A DNA stretch of 64,000 bases from Orbicella franksi (Eukaryota). The position numbers and the translations under genes were made by a program. Under the pieces are notes generated by a model. It made no database searches. It worked only from the letters and a program-made list of their open reading frames with translations, and was not told the origin of the DNA. The DNA lies in NCBI GenBank assembly GCA_964199315.1, contig OZ116704.1, positions 26,474,001 through 26,538,000 on the forward strand, given 5' to 3'. The stretch's first letter is position 1, and each line of letters begins with the position of its first letter. Of this stretch, positions 47,133 through 59,375 are shown piece after piece.

Positions 47133-48134
47133 ATGTCGACGACCACAATTCTAGCGCCGTCGCCGAATACGGGCTCGAATGCGAACGGCGAGAGCAATGG
47201 AAAGTGCAGTCCGGACCGCGTTAAGCGACCCATGAATGCATTTATGGTTTGGAGCAGAGAGAGACGGCGTCGAATGGCACAAGAACATCCCAAGATGCAC
47301 AATTCCGAGATATCGAAGCGGCTGGGAGCCGAATGGAAACTGCTGTCGGACGCTGAAAAGCGCCCGTATGTGGACGAAGCAAAGAGATTACGAGCTGTTC
47401 ACATGAAGGACCACCCCGACTACAAGTACAGACCGCGACGAAAGAGCAAAACTTTGCTCAAGAAAGACAACAAATATACACTGTCAATGTTGGGCGCTCA
47501 AGGCGGCCCGCCAGTCCAGCGATCTGTGGCGCAAAACCCGGCCGAACATTTTGCCCAAATGAACGGTTTCTCAGCGTACGGTCCCATTACAGCTTACAGC
47601 CAGATGAATGTCAATGATCCTTATAGTACAATGTACGCTGGTCATCCACTCTCACCGCATACCCCTACACAACTTCAGGCATCGAATGGCATGCATCACT
47701 CCGGCTACACCGGCATGGCAGGCGCACAGATCTACCCTGCCGTTTCATCGCAGGGTCCAGTTTACACCATGAACGGAACTCAATCGATGAACGCGATTAC
47801 TCCTTTGTACTCGCAGCCTAGCAATCAAGTCCTGCTACCTAACATTAAACAAGAAATGCCGAGCCCTGGCTCGCAGTCCGGCCGAGCACGGAGCTGCACC
47901 GATCAGCTGGGAGATATGATTAATACGTACCTTCCAGGGGATGGTTCGAGTATAGCGAGCGCGAATCACCATCACCAAGTAGCTGGAAGCCACGTTCCAC
48001 CGAATCGTTATAACCAGTGGCAAGAGTCAAGCTCAGTGGCGAACAATCTGCCTGTCCACAGCGGAGTTTCTGCTGCCAGCATTTCTAACGTTTCGGGAGT
48101 GAGTGGGACAATGCCATTAACTCACTTACCATGA
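47133..48134 (+). CDS. SoxB1: SoxB1 HMG-box transcription factor, single exon, 333 aa
   Basis: HMG box [15 protein letters not shown]...[11 protein letters not shown] followed by the group-B motif [13 protein letters not shown]1-specific C-terminal motifs: IKQE (SUMO-type psiKxE), [11 protein letters not shown] (cf. Sox2 LRDMISMYLPG) and terminal GTMPLTHL (cf. Sox2 GTLPLSHM). Intronless, as is typical of SoxB genes. Confidence 0.97.
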   Translation: MSTTTILAPSPNTGSNANGESNGKCSPDRVKRPMNAFMVWSRERRRRMAQEHPKMHNSEISKRLGAEWKLLSDAEKRPYVDEAKRLRAVHMKDHPDYKYRPRRKSKTLLKKDNKYTLSMLGAQGGPPVQRSVAQNPAEHFAQMNGFSAYGPITAYSQMNVNDPYSTMYAGHPLSPHTPTQLQASNGMHHSGYTGMAGAQIYPAVSSQGPVYTMNGTQSMNAITPLYSQPSNQVLLPNIKQEMPSPGSQSGRARSCTDQLGDMINTYLPGDGSSIASANHHHQVAGSHVPPNRYNQWQESSSVANNLPVHSGVSAASISNVSGVSGTMPLTHLP

Positions 48135-48852
48135 TGGAATTAGCAAAGCTCCGAGCTCATTTCTACCGCAAACACGGTAAATTCATTCTGTATTTTGCTA
48201 CCTGACCATTTTCACAGTCGTTTATAGAGAGATGAAGGAGGAAAGTTTAAAAAAGCGGCAACTAAACAGATTATTGCTTGGCTCGACTTTCAACTGGAGA
48301 GTCAAGGCACTGCGGTGCTATGCGAAGGCGAAGAGAAAAAAATTCGCGGCGATCTTGCCGGAGAACTGAATTTACTTGTTGAGCGAAAATTTATTGATCA
48401 GGCTGATGAGTTATTTAAGGAACTAGTGACACACGTTCGCTGTCCTCTCTGGATGTGAATAATTCTACTGAGAAGTGAAGTGAACTTAAGTAATTGAAAC
48501 GACTCGTGTACCTTTCAACACACGAAAGATTGTATCTAGGAGAAAAAAAATTCTTGCTTTAGTCGAGCTTTTTTCAGTCGCGTCGAGTCGAACGTCAAAT
48601 GTTCACGCATCCATTTACTGGCTGGATCATTCTTTTAAACTCTTAATGTTTGTTGGCTTGCATGTTTGAATTACTTTGTAGGATTAAGCACGTCTGTATG
48701 AATTTCAAAACCCTATGTGTACCATGCTAATATTAAGTTAGTATTGCTGAGTTCCGTAATGATATCTTGATGAAGAGAGAAGAAACAACTTGTATATAAC
48801 TTCAGATCAAAGAGAGCAGATAATAATATTTCGTTTATTTTCCTTTTGAAGA

Positions 48853-48858
48853 AATAAA
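48853..48858 (+). terminator. Candidate SoxB1 polyadenylation signal AATAAA
   Basis: ~720 nt after the stop codon, following a U-rich 3'UTR that contains TGTATATA (48791-48798). Confidence 0.45.
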
Positions 48859-51800
48859 AAAGCACATAAAATAATTCCTCGGCTGACTAGCTTCCGTAGG
48901 GGTTTTTAACTTTCTCTTAAGTGAGCGAAACGCTATGGGCAACATGCGGTCATTTCTAAACACATTGCTTTCTAAAGTTAGTTCTTCCTAAGCTGTGGGG
49001 TCGCGCGCGCACGAAATTCAAACAACGTCCCGAAATTGCACAAATATTGTTTTATTTGCTGAAAAGCCCGCGAGCGTGAAACAAAAGAGTCCAATTTCTC
49101 GCCAAACGGGCCATTTGAATACAAGTATATGCATAGATGAGGGAAAAAGCTGTGTTGTTAAAATACGAACGCATTTCCACTCAGGCGTTGAGAACACAGA
49201 AAAATCGGCGTGTAGGTTGACTCGGCGTGCGTCAAATGAGGTGTTGACAGGTCGTTCAGGCAGCTGATTGGCTGCGCTCTGAGTGATGATGGCAGCTGTG
49301 TTATCAGCCCTTTCAATAATAATCATTAGGGCTTATTAACAGAACATTCCTGGAATGTGCTTCAACTTCATTACTGCCAACAAGTTACGAGAACAGGCCG
49401 AGCTTTCGCCCATACAGCCGTCGATAAGTTCCATGGAGAAGCTTGATCGATAAGGCACAACGGGTCGCAGAGTTAAGGGTCTTGATTTGCCACGAATCTT
49501 CGCTTAGCCAATTTTTCAACGCCTCTTGGTTCCCATGGATACTAAAAGCTCTAGAGACAGCTGAGAATTACAGCTGTAAGCAGCTTTGAAACCCTCGAGA
49601 GATCGGCGAGTTTTTTTTCCAGAGTTTTGACGCTAGCTTCTTTATCTAGGCGCGCTTTTGCGCCTCCAACGATCTCCTCATGAATCGAGTCCCGTTTGCT
49701 GAAGGACAAAAAAAATTTAATCATTTCCCCGGTGTTTTGATATGTGTTGACAAGTTCTGCTAGCACAATTAGCACATGTTTATCGGTGTCGGCAGATCAT
49801 AGAGAAATTTGGTTGCGAAAATTAAAATTCCCGCTCCGCCATTTCCTTGGCGCAACGAAAGTTGGTTTTTTCATTGTCCGGTCGGTCATCGAAGGAGTTA
49901 CCGCTGTTTGAAGGAAATTTCTTTAAAATTTACTTGAGCAAACAGCATCTGGCGTTGCGCCAATATTAGTAGTAAAATTCTGGTTCGGTCTTATTACTAT
50001 TTACCGTGGGTATGGCAGCCTTTCATTTAGATCTTGAACTCGTTTGCTAGGTCCCGCTTGTACAATTACTGCCCTGTCCAAATAAAATTTCACCATTCAA
50101 CTTTAATATGTATCTCTTCATTTAGAGTTCGACTCCTTTGGAAATGAACTTCTGAAAGTGAGGAAAATTAGTGGGCCCCTAAAACTGTTCGACTCGCAAT
50201 TAAAGGATCTGATATTGTGAGCGGAGCGTGAAATGCAAAATAGTATACACAAGGCAGCTTTGTGAATATTTTTAGAGCGACAAGAAAAGTTTTGTTTGTT
50301 ATGTTTCGGACTCAAATCGAACTAGATTATACCATGAAACGTGAACTTAAACCTTTTGACTAATGTGTTTTTAGAGCTTAACAAAGAAATAACGAATCGC
50401 GGGAAATTTATTTTGTGCGCGCAGTTTAATGACAGCTAGAGGAAAAATAGCAAATTACGGGTGTTATTAGAGCGGACGAAGTTTCCGGTGGAAATTGTGG
50501 AAGAATTCACAAAACCCTTCTAAGTTTCCTTTCGCATATCTATACACGAACCAAGATGGCTTGGTAATCGGTGTTTACCAAATAGAAAGTGACTGTCATT
50601 ATTTTTGTTTTCGGTGTCGAGTTTCGAAGAACTTACGTATGGAAATCACGACTATTTTTGGTCTCGAAACAAAGCCAAAATGCAAATGCGTACGAAGCGA
50701 AGCGAGACGTGTCGAATTAAAACTTTACAGCAGCCTCGCTGATGGCTCTCCGTGTCGACCGAGGCGCTTAACAATTTTAGAAGGCACGAAATAAAAATTC
50801 CGAATAGATATTCATTTCTTTAATGCAGACATGATTAACTATAGACAAATTGGTTGAATAGCGAGCGAGCGGAGAACAAAGCGAACTTAACCTTTGATAA
50901 AATGCTGATGCTACCATTATCAATAATGCAGGTTTGATGAAATTACGAGTGTATGAAAGAATCATTTTGCAGCTATGTAGCTTGAAGGGCAGACGTTTAG
51001 TCGTGATTCGATTAGGTCAAATCGCTTTTATGGCCGGTCAGTTATCTGGGAAACTTAAGACCGTAAGCAAATATACAGCACTCCTTACTACTTTGAACAG
51101 TTAACACGGAATTATCGATCTTTTCTTTACGACTAGACATTTACTCGAGGCTTTTGTTTGATGTCGCATGAAAACCCCATTACATTTCTATAGGAAGTAA
51201 ATGTGAATAGATAACAGTCTTTATCAAAGAAGAAAACTTTCTGTTTACACTTTGTTATTACGAGCGTAAATAAGAAGAGCTGCTAACGTTCTTGGAGAGC
51301 AGAGTTAGCGAGTTTCCCTCCAGCGCGCCACGGCGCAAGTGAGATCCGTGTCCCTTCGCAGAAGAGCTTTCACCCCATCTGCGTTTTAATTATGTAAGTT
51401 TTTTTTTTTATCTAACCCTTTTGCTCCAGTGATTTATTTACTTAAGTTACAGGAGAAAATTCTTTCAAGTATAGACAGTTAATCTAGATCGAGACAGTTC
51501 TTTAGGCTAATATCCTAAGTGAATTTATCGCTTGCGCCGTTGTTTTCTTGCGTGTAGTCAGTATTCTTAAAGTGAACCTTTCAACCAAAATAAAATCTCG
51601 TTGGTTTGTTTATCGAAGACGATATCGTGTCGCCTTCTTGACCTCGCGCTTCGCATTTTAGAAAAACATGGCCTTTGGTGCGGCGTTAATTCTTGCAAAC
51701 ATCTTTAAATGAATAGAAATCTCTTATGTTTGCTCTCTACGAACGGAAAAGGCGTGAGGCGCTGGCAAGCTGTTATAGACTGCACGCAGCGATGACTCAC

Positions 51801-54800
51801 ACGGCGCGAAGAGGCGTGATCTCGAAAACTAATTAATTTCTCGGTGTGAAGCCTGGTTTCCTTAACTCCTTCGTACTCCACGAAACTGTAAACATTTGTG
51901 AGATTAAAGACTAAAGCAAACTGGTTTTGGTTAAACTGAAGCCCGGGGCTTTAGGCGCGAGCGAAACTATTCAAGCAAACTCTGTGTTAACTAATACAAA
52001 GCTTTGTTGATGCAAACTTTGTTGATACAGCAAATGGTGCGTTTTTCTCGGACGTCATAACCTTCGTTTGCGAGGTTTGCACTTTTTCGACTTCTTAGAT
52101 CTAGAATTTTCAGTTTGTTTCATGTGTCATCGCATCGCAGAATTGCAAACATCTGCTTTTCACCATAAATACAGTACCCCCGAAAGTCTCAAACTTGCAT
52201 TCGTGTTGTTTGGGTTTCGCATGCACAAAAGAAGAAAAAAGATGAAAAATTATTTTAAAATTATACTGCCGATCCGCGCGGGGCCAGTTTGATTTTCGCC
52301 CACGGTCTCTGGCGTGATTTAAAACAAAAAAAAATCCATTCTCAGCGTCGCTCTTGAAATCAAACAATTTACAAGGAAAGAAATGCTCGGCGTTATTTCA
52401 CATCAAAATTTTGACATGCACATGTTTGGAGCTAATACGAGATGCTAGATTTTTTGTCATAGCTTAGAACATATTGCGACACCTTGACTGGTTGTAGACA
52501 CATGATTAAATTGCTGATTTTAAAACACAGTGTTTAACATTGATGCTTAGCGTAAATTAACTATGATATTCTTTGCGATCCGATTATTGCAATAAAAATG
52601 TAATTTCTTCGGCAGGGTCGGTTTATGGGACGACTTTAAAAGACTTCGGGCTGTTAAACGGACATTAGTTTCAGTCAACTCCGTGTCGCGTCGAATGACA
52701 CGTTTTGATAAAGTTAATTTTAATATTCTGAAACGCAAACACTGCTTCTAAAAGCTGTTATCTCTTCTACGCCCGAAGCCAGTGTCAGAGATACTCACAG
52801 CCTGACCTAGCTGTATGTTCGCTGTGCCCGGCGTGAATTTAGCTCAGCCACAGTGGGGCGAGTTTTGTCCTACGGTCGAATTTGCTTTTAGGACCTTCTG
52901 GTTGTGATAATAAGTTGGAAGCGAGCGAAAACCACGTTGTGCGGATTTGGGATGGTGAAAACCTGTTTAATAACATTCAGTAATCGGACAACTTTATTTT
53001 CGCAGTTTTCACTTTTCGGGGTCTTGCACAAAATGTAGCGATCGCGATTAGATGTTTATAGTTTAAAAAAAGCGGAATCCTTCAGGCTATGTTCGCTTGA
53101 ATAGTTTCCCTGTTTGTCGGGATCGCGAAGGCGGAGCTTGCTGTGTCGCTCTCGCATGGCCAAAGTAATTAACACTTGGTCGTATTTTCAGGCGTAAATG
53201 AACTGAATAATTCATAAACTGAGGTGTGTTTTATTTTGATAACAGCTATACCGCCCACTTAGCGCCTAATTGCCTCGAGGCTCCATGGGGAAGACATCGA
53301 TTTGCTTTCCTCTAATAACGTTCGTTATATTATCAACCGTGCATTGGGCGCACATACATCCATTGTAGTGCGTGATTTGAAACGAACGCTCAAATCTAAA
53401 TATTGCGAGGAAGAAACTCGTGGAGAAAATAGTGTGGCGAGTAACTCTTGGAAAAATATTGTTTTATTTTGTGAAAATGACTCGAGCTCGCTTTTGTTTC
53501 TTGTGGTGTAAATATTTGTCAAAAGAGTTTGTTGCGATTTTGCTGAAAATAAATCCGGTAACTACTCTTAGTATAGAACAGTGTTCGGTAACTGTTCTTT
53601 TATTTTCCGTTGAGACCCAAAACCGATAATAAAAAAATCGATCTTCTCTATGAATTAACTCGTTATGTTTCATTATTTTCCCGTATTGATTTTACGTCTA
53701 AGAAATATAGTGATTTTTTTTTTTTTAAGTGCGCTGTTCGGAGGAAGCAGCGCTTGCGAGAAAATTGTGTTGTGATCTTTTCGCTGTTTCTTTTACAGAT
53801 TGTAATTTCGTGCGGTGTTTTAGCGATATGTAAAGGCTATTGTGAGCGAATTGCTTCTGGAAACCATGGGAGACAAGCTGTATAGAGTAATGAAAATTAG
53901 ACATTCACGAGAAAACGTCTTTAACACCGGATCGCCAATAATGATTTTTTTTTTAATTAATTCGCCCGAAAATATTACACGTCCAGTAAATATCTGTTTG
54001 CGATTTAAGTCTTAAAATAAGGCAATAAAAATGTCTCAATTCAAGGAATATTTCTACCAGACGATGACGCGGTTTTTAGAGGATATTTCTTTTTTTTTGT
54101 CGCGACGTTTAAGAAGCAGGCAAAATTGAACGTTAATTAAAAGGAAATGAGAACTTGAAAATGTGTTTCCTTGAAGTTTGGTCTCTTAGTAGAACATATT
54201 GCGTATAAAATTTGTGTGTTCTGTAAATCAAAAAGAACTTCCCTTTCTTGTGCAATCAAAAGATATTTACTTCAAACTGCTAATATTTGTGCAGGCTTTG
54301 ACATCGGAAAAAAATTAGTGATTAAAGTTGATTGGAATTAGCGGAATAAACGAAGCGAGCTCGGAGCGAGCTTAGTCGCGCCATTGAATAGGAACGAGGC
54401 CGGGAAAATTGCCAGTGCCTGTTTGGAAAAAAATGCGAAAAATATGCGACAAGTCTCTACATTTACTAGCATTTATAAATTTCGCTGGCCAGTTCTAAGT
54501 GATGGAGTGGATAGGGTCAGGTTGTGCTGTGTCAATATTACATACAAGCACCTGTTTTGTTTGCAGGTCGCTTACCAGCTAAACCAACACGTGCAGAAAA
54601 ACATTAAAATTCGTTTTAATTTACGAGTGCCTTTTTTTAGTAACTTCAATGTGTTTAATTTGCCAAGCGGGATTCAAACACTGCGATGCGCGTACGAGTA
54701 ACACAAGGGAGCAGTGTGGAACACAGTGGATTAGTGAAGTGCTCGTGGAAACAAAGATCGATTTGAATTATTGTCAGACAATGATTTCGGACAATTTCCT

Positions 54801-57800
54801 GTATTTTGTTGTCAAGGAATATAAAGAAAATTATTATGTATAGTCCGTTTGAAGGCAGGGACGGTATTGAAAGCTTTATAAAAGCAAAAATTAGTACTAT
54901 AAACATGGTTTTTCGCACTGGTATTGGAAGATTTTTCTCGAGTGTCCAGCAGAAGGGCTTAATTTAGCGCCAATGAATCTATCCACTGCCATCGCATCGC
55001 GCGAATTAATGCGAATATAATGATTATACTCGGCCGGCAGCTCGCGCTTTTGTATTTTTAGGCGAATATCTTGAACTAGGAAGGATAATAGACTAGGTTT
55101 TTGTTATTTCTCTGGGAGCCAGGCTAAAATTGATTATAATAACTGATTCGTTTCAACAAAGCAATGTTTGGTTGTGTTATGAGAACATTTGAACGTGCTT
55201 GTGAAGTTTTTTCAATACCAGGAGTTTCTTTATTTTTAATCTCAGTGTCTTAAAAGGCGTGGATTTACTTAGAGAAAGTACTTTCGCACCTTTCTTCGAG
55301 AAACGTTTATTCAGTTGCTTGCCTTTAGAAAGGTCTTACTTTTAACAGCTAAAGATTTTATTTTGTTTTCTTTTCTTTTTTTTTTTTTTACCAGCTTTTA
55401 TAATTACCGAGTTATTCCCCAGACTCAACCTGATGGGTTTTTATCCCGGGTGAAAACATAATAGTGCGTCTGTTTGGATGTGAAATATTTCCTTGTCGCT
55501 TTTGACGTCAGAAAACTGTCTCACTTTAGCCAGTACTTGAGCTTATAAACATTCAGTATAAGTCGTGCAATATTCTTTTTCTTCCGCCATCTATTTTCCT
55601 TTCGTCACTTTGTATTTAATTCCCCGCCTTGAAAAATTACAGAATGTCTGTTGCTATCGCAACTCGTGAAAGGATAACAGCTAGCGAAATAATCTCGTAA
55701 AAACTTTGTGAGTAAAAAGTGTTAGTCGCGGTCGGTTCGTAGGTGTTCGGACTTCTATTTTCGATTTAATATACTCTGTGGTTTTAAAGACGTCAGTGGG
55801 TGAAGAAAAAGGAAAATATGGCCGCCTACAAAATGTTAAATCCCAGTGGAAGCTGACACGGCGCTAATTGCACCGTTAAATCCGAGTTACAATTTATTGG
55901 TTCGCGTTTCGTATCTCTCGATGCTTTTAAATACATTATCTTTCGAGGTGTCAATATCAGCTCAAAAGCGCTGTTTTTTACAAACTTTGAAATTTTCCCT
56001 CAAGAAATAAAACTGAGAATAAAAGATTGTATACCGGCTAGTTAGTATAGTTTCGAGTTTACCGAGCTTAAAAATTATTCATAATCGGTTGAGTTTTTTT
56101 TTTTTTCGTAGTTGGAAAATGGGATGGAAATCGTTATTTTTTCTTTAACGTGAAAATATTGCACATTTAATTTGATGCCGTTAACGTCATTGTGGTTTGC
56201 GTCCAACATTTATCGCAGTTTTATGGCTATTGCGAGAACACGCCTCAATGATTTATAACGCAGCTCGTGTTATTCTTGGCTGCAATTAAACAGCCAGTTT
56301 TCGATTCAACTGTGAGCTTTGGGCGGATCGCAGAATCTATTACTCTGCGCTAACACGTTGTGCGGAAACTGCTTTATCCTGTACCGTAATTAGAAATGGA
56401 AATTTGCGCACTTTTTTTGTGGCGCGCTTTTACGAGCCTAGATCTTTGGTGGAGTAATTATACTCAAATGATGAATGATTAAGGCGTTTTTTTAGGCCAA
56501 GAGATTACTCTCATATTTTAGCCATTATACCTGGACTTAAGTAGGATTAACTGTCTGATGAGTCTAGCAAAGAAACACGGTCCATTAGCAACAAATTGCC
56601 TTGAAATTAAGCCTTTCAGGCCCGTAAACAAACATAACTGGGTTTGTTTTGGGTTTGGCGAAAAAGGGTATATATTGTAGAAAATAATTTTCTTATCAAA
56701 TGTTGCATTATGAACTTTACTTTGGGTAATAGATAAAATGGAAAACGCTCGCCATCTCTAAACCTCTCTCGCGGAAGAACTACAATTTCATTTTATTATA
56801 TTTTTTTTATAACCGTTTCTGAAAAAAGGTGATAATGAATACAGTAATGTATAGATATTCAACCTGCTAGTAATCTGCTATTAAAATCGCTGTTTTGCAA
56901 ATTCTGGTTCTACTTTTTCTTTCAAGCACAACGCTCTCTTTCTTAAGCTGAGTTACAACTGTCTTATGTAACAATGTGATCTAGCTGGTGCTTTCTGAGA
57001 CTGAGTTTAGCCCTTTCGCTTCCAGAGTCCGTGGGTAACACCCTAGTGTGTGACCATTCAAATAAAAGCTACGTGGGAGCAGTACTTTCGGATGGTACTG
57101 TCAGAGTAAAATTTGGTGTTTTTTCTTTTAATATTGAGTTTTACTTGAAGTACTCTTGGCAGTGAAAAGGTCAAACAAAACTCCTTTGTTCCCTCAGAGA
57201 ACCACGATATACATTGTCCATAAGCGCACAAAGCGTGAAATCCAAATTGAACCTTGTATTGGTCAAGTGACCCATCCAGATCACGTACGTGGCACCGCCC
57301 CCTTAAATTCGTCACAACTGGTTCCGGCAACTTCGAAATCCTACGTAGCAGCGCAGTGTTCAAGTCCGTTTGCGTCAATAATTTTAGAGCTTTTAAGCCA
57401 CAAGCGACCGGTGCATATCTCGAGTGGCTGGTAACGGGTTGGAGTGGGAGAGCAGGAAATCGCTTGAGTCCACTTCCGGTCGTTTGTAACCGGAAAGAGG
57501 GCTTTTAAGTAGCTCTATGAACTTTTCTTTGTTTCTGCGAAGTCCCACATGATTTAATGGGGCACGTTGCTTAAACCCGTGCTAGCCGCATGGCGATAAT
57601 TAATTTTCCCTTTGCGACCTGTACCCCCACTGTAATGAGTAAGTTTTTTTTCCTTGTGTGGGTGGAACAAGGGATGCTTGTGTGAGAGACTATGTGGACA
57701 AAAACTTTTCTTAACAACCATTCTAACCACAAAACCATCTGACTTCATGTCGGAAAACCGCGCGCGCGAGAAACACCGGTACAACATTTACAAAACGACT

Positions 57801-59289
57801 CGAATTTACGCTTTAAGTGCGCCGGCTTAAAGAACTGATCAAACGGTGCCAGCATTTTGGTCCAACATCGTCCAACTTCGATTGTGGGTGAAAATGTTGG
57901 AATCGTTTGTTGTGTTCGTACGGCCACGGCAAGGCGCAACAATACTAAGAAATGTTGAATCAAATTCATCTTTGAATCGCTTAACTAATGCGTCGAAGTT
58001 CCCAACAGTTATATAAACATACCCAGTCTTCTTCAAAAAAAAAAATTTCCTTTGGTTTACAAGTTAAACCCCCCCCCCCCCCTTCCTCCACCTCTCCTAC
58101 CTACGTTCCCTCGAAAGAGCGTTTTTGTAGTAGTAGTTGCTATAGTGCTATAAGCACAAAGACAACTGTCCGAGTTCTTTAAGATTGTTGAATTAAAACA
58201 TCTCAGACGTATATGTTATCTGAAATGAAATAATAAAACAAACAACTGAGAACACGATCAGTTTATGAATGCCTTTTCCATCTTTTTTTTTTTCCCCCTT
58301 TCAATCATCAATTCCTGACAGTATTTCTGTTTATGTTACAACAAATTCAGCCCAAAATTAGGCTAGTTTATTTTAGCTTTATCGCTCATTACGGGAAAGG
58401 AAGCCGCAAGATTGCAATCCCTTTTAAATAGCTGATTATTGATGAAACTGAAGGAATATGTCATAATGGCATTGTTCTATACCATGGAAAGTGAAAAAAT
58501 AACATCTCTTTGTCGAAAAGGTAAATTTACCGCTGTTCAATTAAACAAGGTGTCACGTTTCGAGGGTCAGCCCTTCTGGAAAAACCGATTTCCTTTGACA
58601 AAGGGTATGTCCTCGAAACACCAGTTTAGAACTCCTAGTCGAGTATAATAAATAAAACTGCGCTCTCTTGCCGTCTGACAAAGAAGGAGAATTGTTAGAA
58701 ACTGGTCTCCCGATTAAGTTCAGTGTTACTTTCTGCTCAGAACGATTTTTGAAACCCTCAACTTCATCTTCCCTCTCCGATTACCTATCCAGTCGAATAC
58801 AATAGAACCTTTCTGAGCGACCACCCCGTGGTGGGGCCACTTATCTTTCTCCGGTCTGAATGAAGTCATCTTCTGTTACCGGTAATGAGGACAGAAGTTG
58901 ATGAAATTTTAACTCTGCCACCGAACTCTAACAATTTAACGGGGCTCCATTGTTCTAGCCTCTGAAATGATCCTTTACGAAAGTGTATAATCCCAGGGAT
59001 TTTATGGTATACAATGCACTGGTAAGCACTTCACTATATGGCTTCTGCCTATGTTAAATGAGTGAGGGTATCCCCTGGGTGTTGTAGAAAACGAATGTGT
59101 TTATAGTGCGGCACTAAAATCGTAGTTTTCGGCTCCTCCTTTCTCGAGTGCTTAAAAAACCTCTTTGGTTCCGGTACGTCATGACCGGGCACCGCTCCCT
59201 ATCCTTATCGTAGACAAATCTACCAACTGTCGTCAGTCGTAACCGCTTAGTGATTTATTCCTCAATACTGCCGCTTTGCTCTTACTTAT

Positions 59290-59375
59290 CAAGTGTAGTG
59301 CAACCCACATATGACAAAGTGTCAAGGGACTGGGAAAATGTGTTCGTTAAAGCAGTGGCTGATTTCATTATACTG
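59290..59375. mobile_element. Fragment of a pogo/Tigger-type MITE
   Basis: AGTGCAACCCACATATGACAAAGTGTCAAGGGACTGGGAAAATGTGTTCGTTA resembles CAGTG.AACC..GATATAACGAAG termini. Confidence 0.45.
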
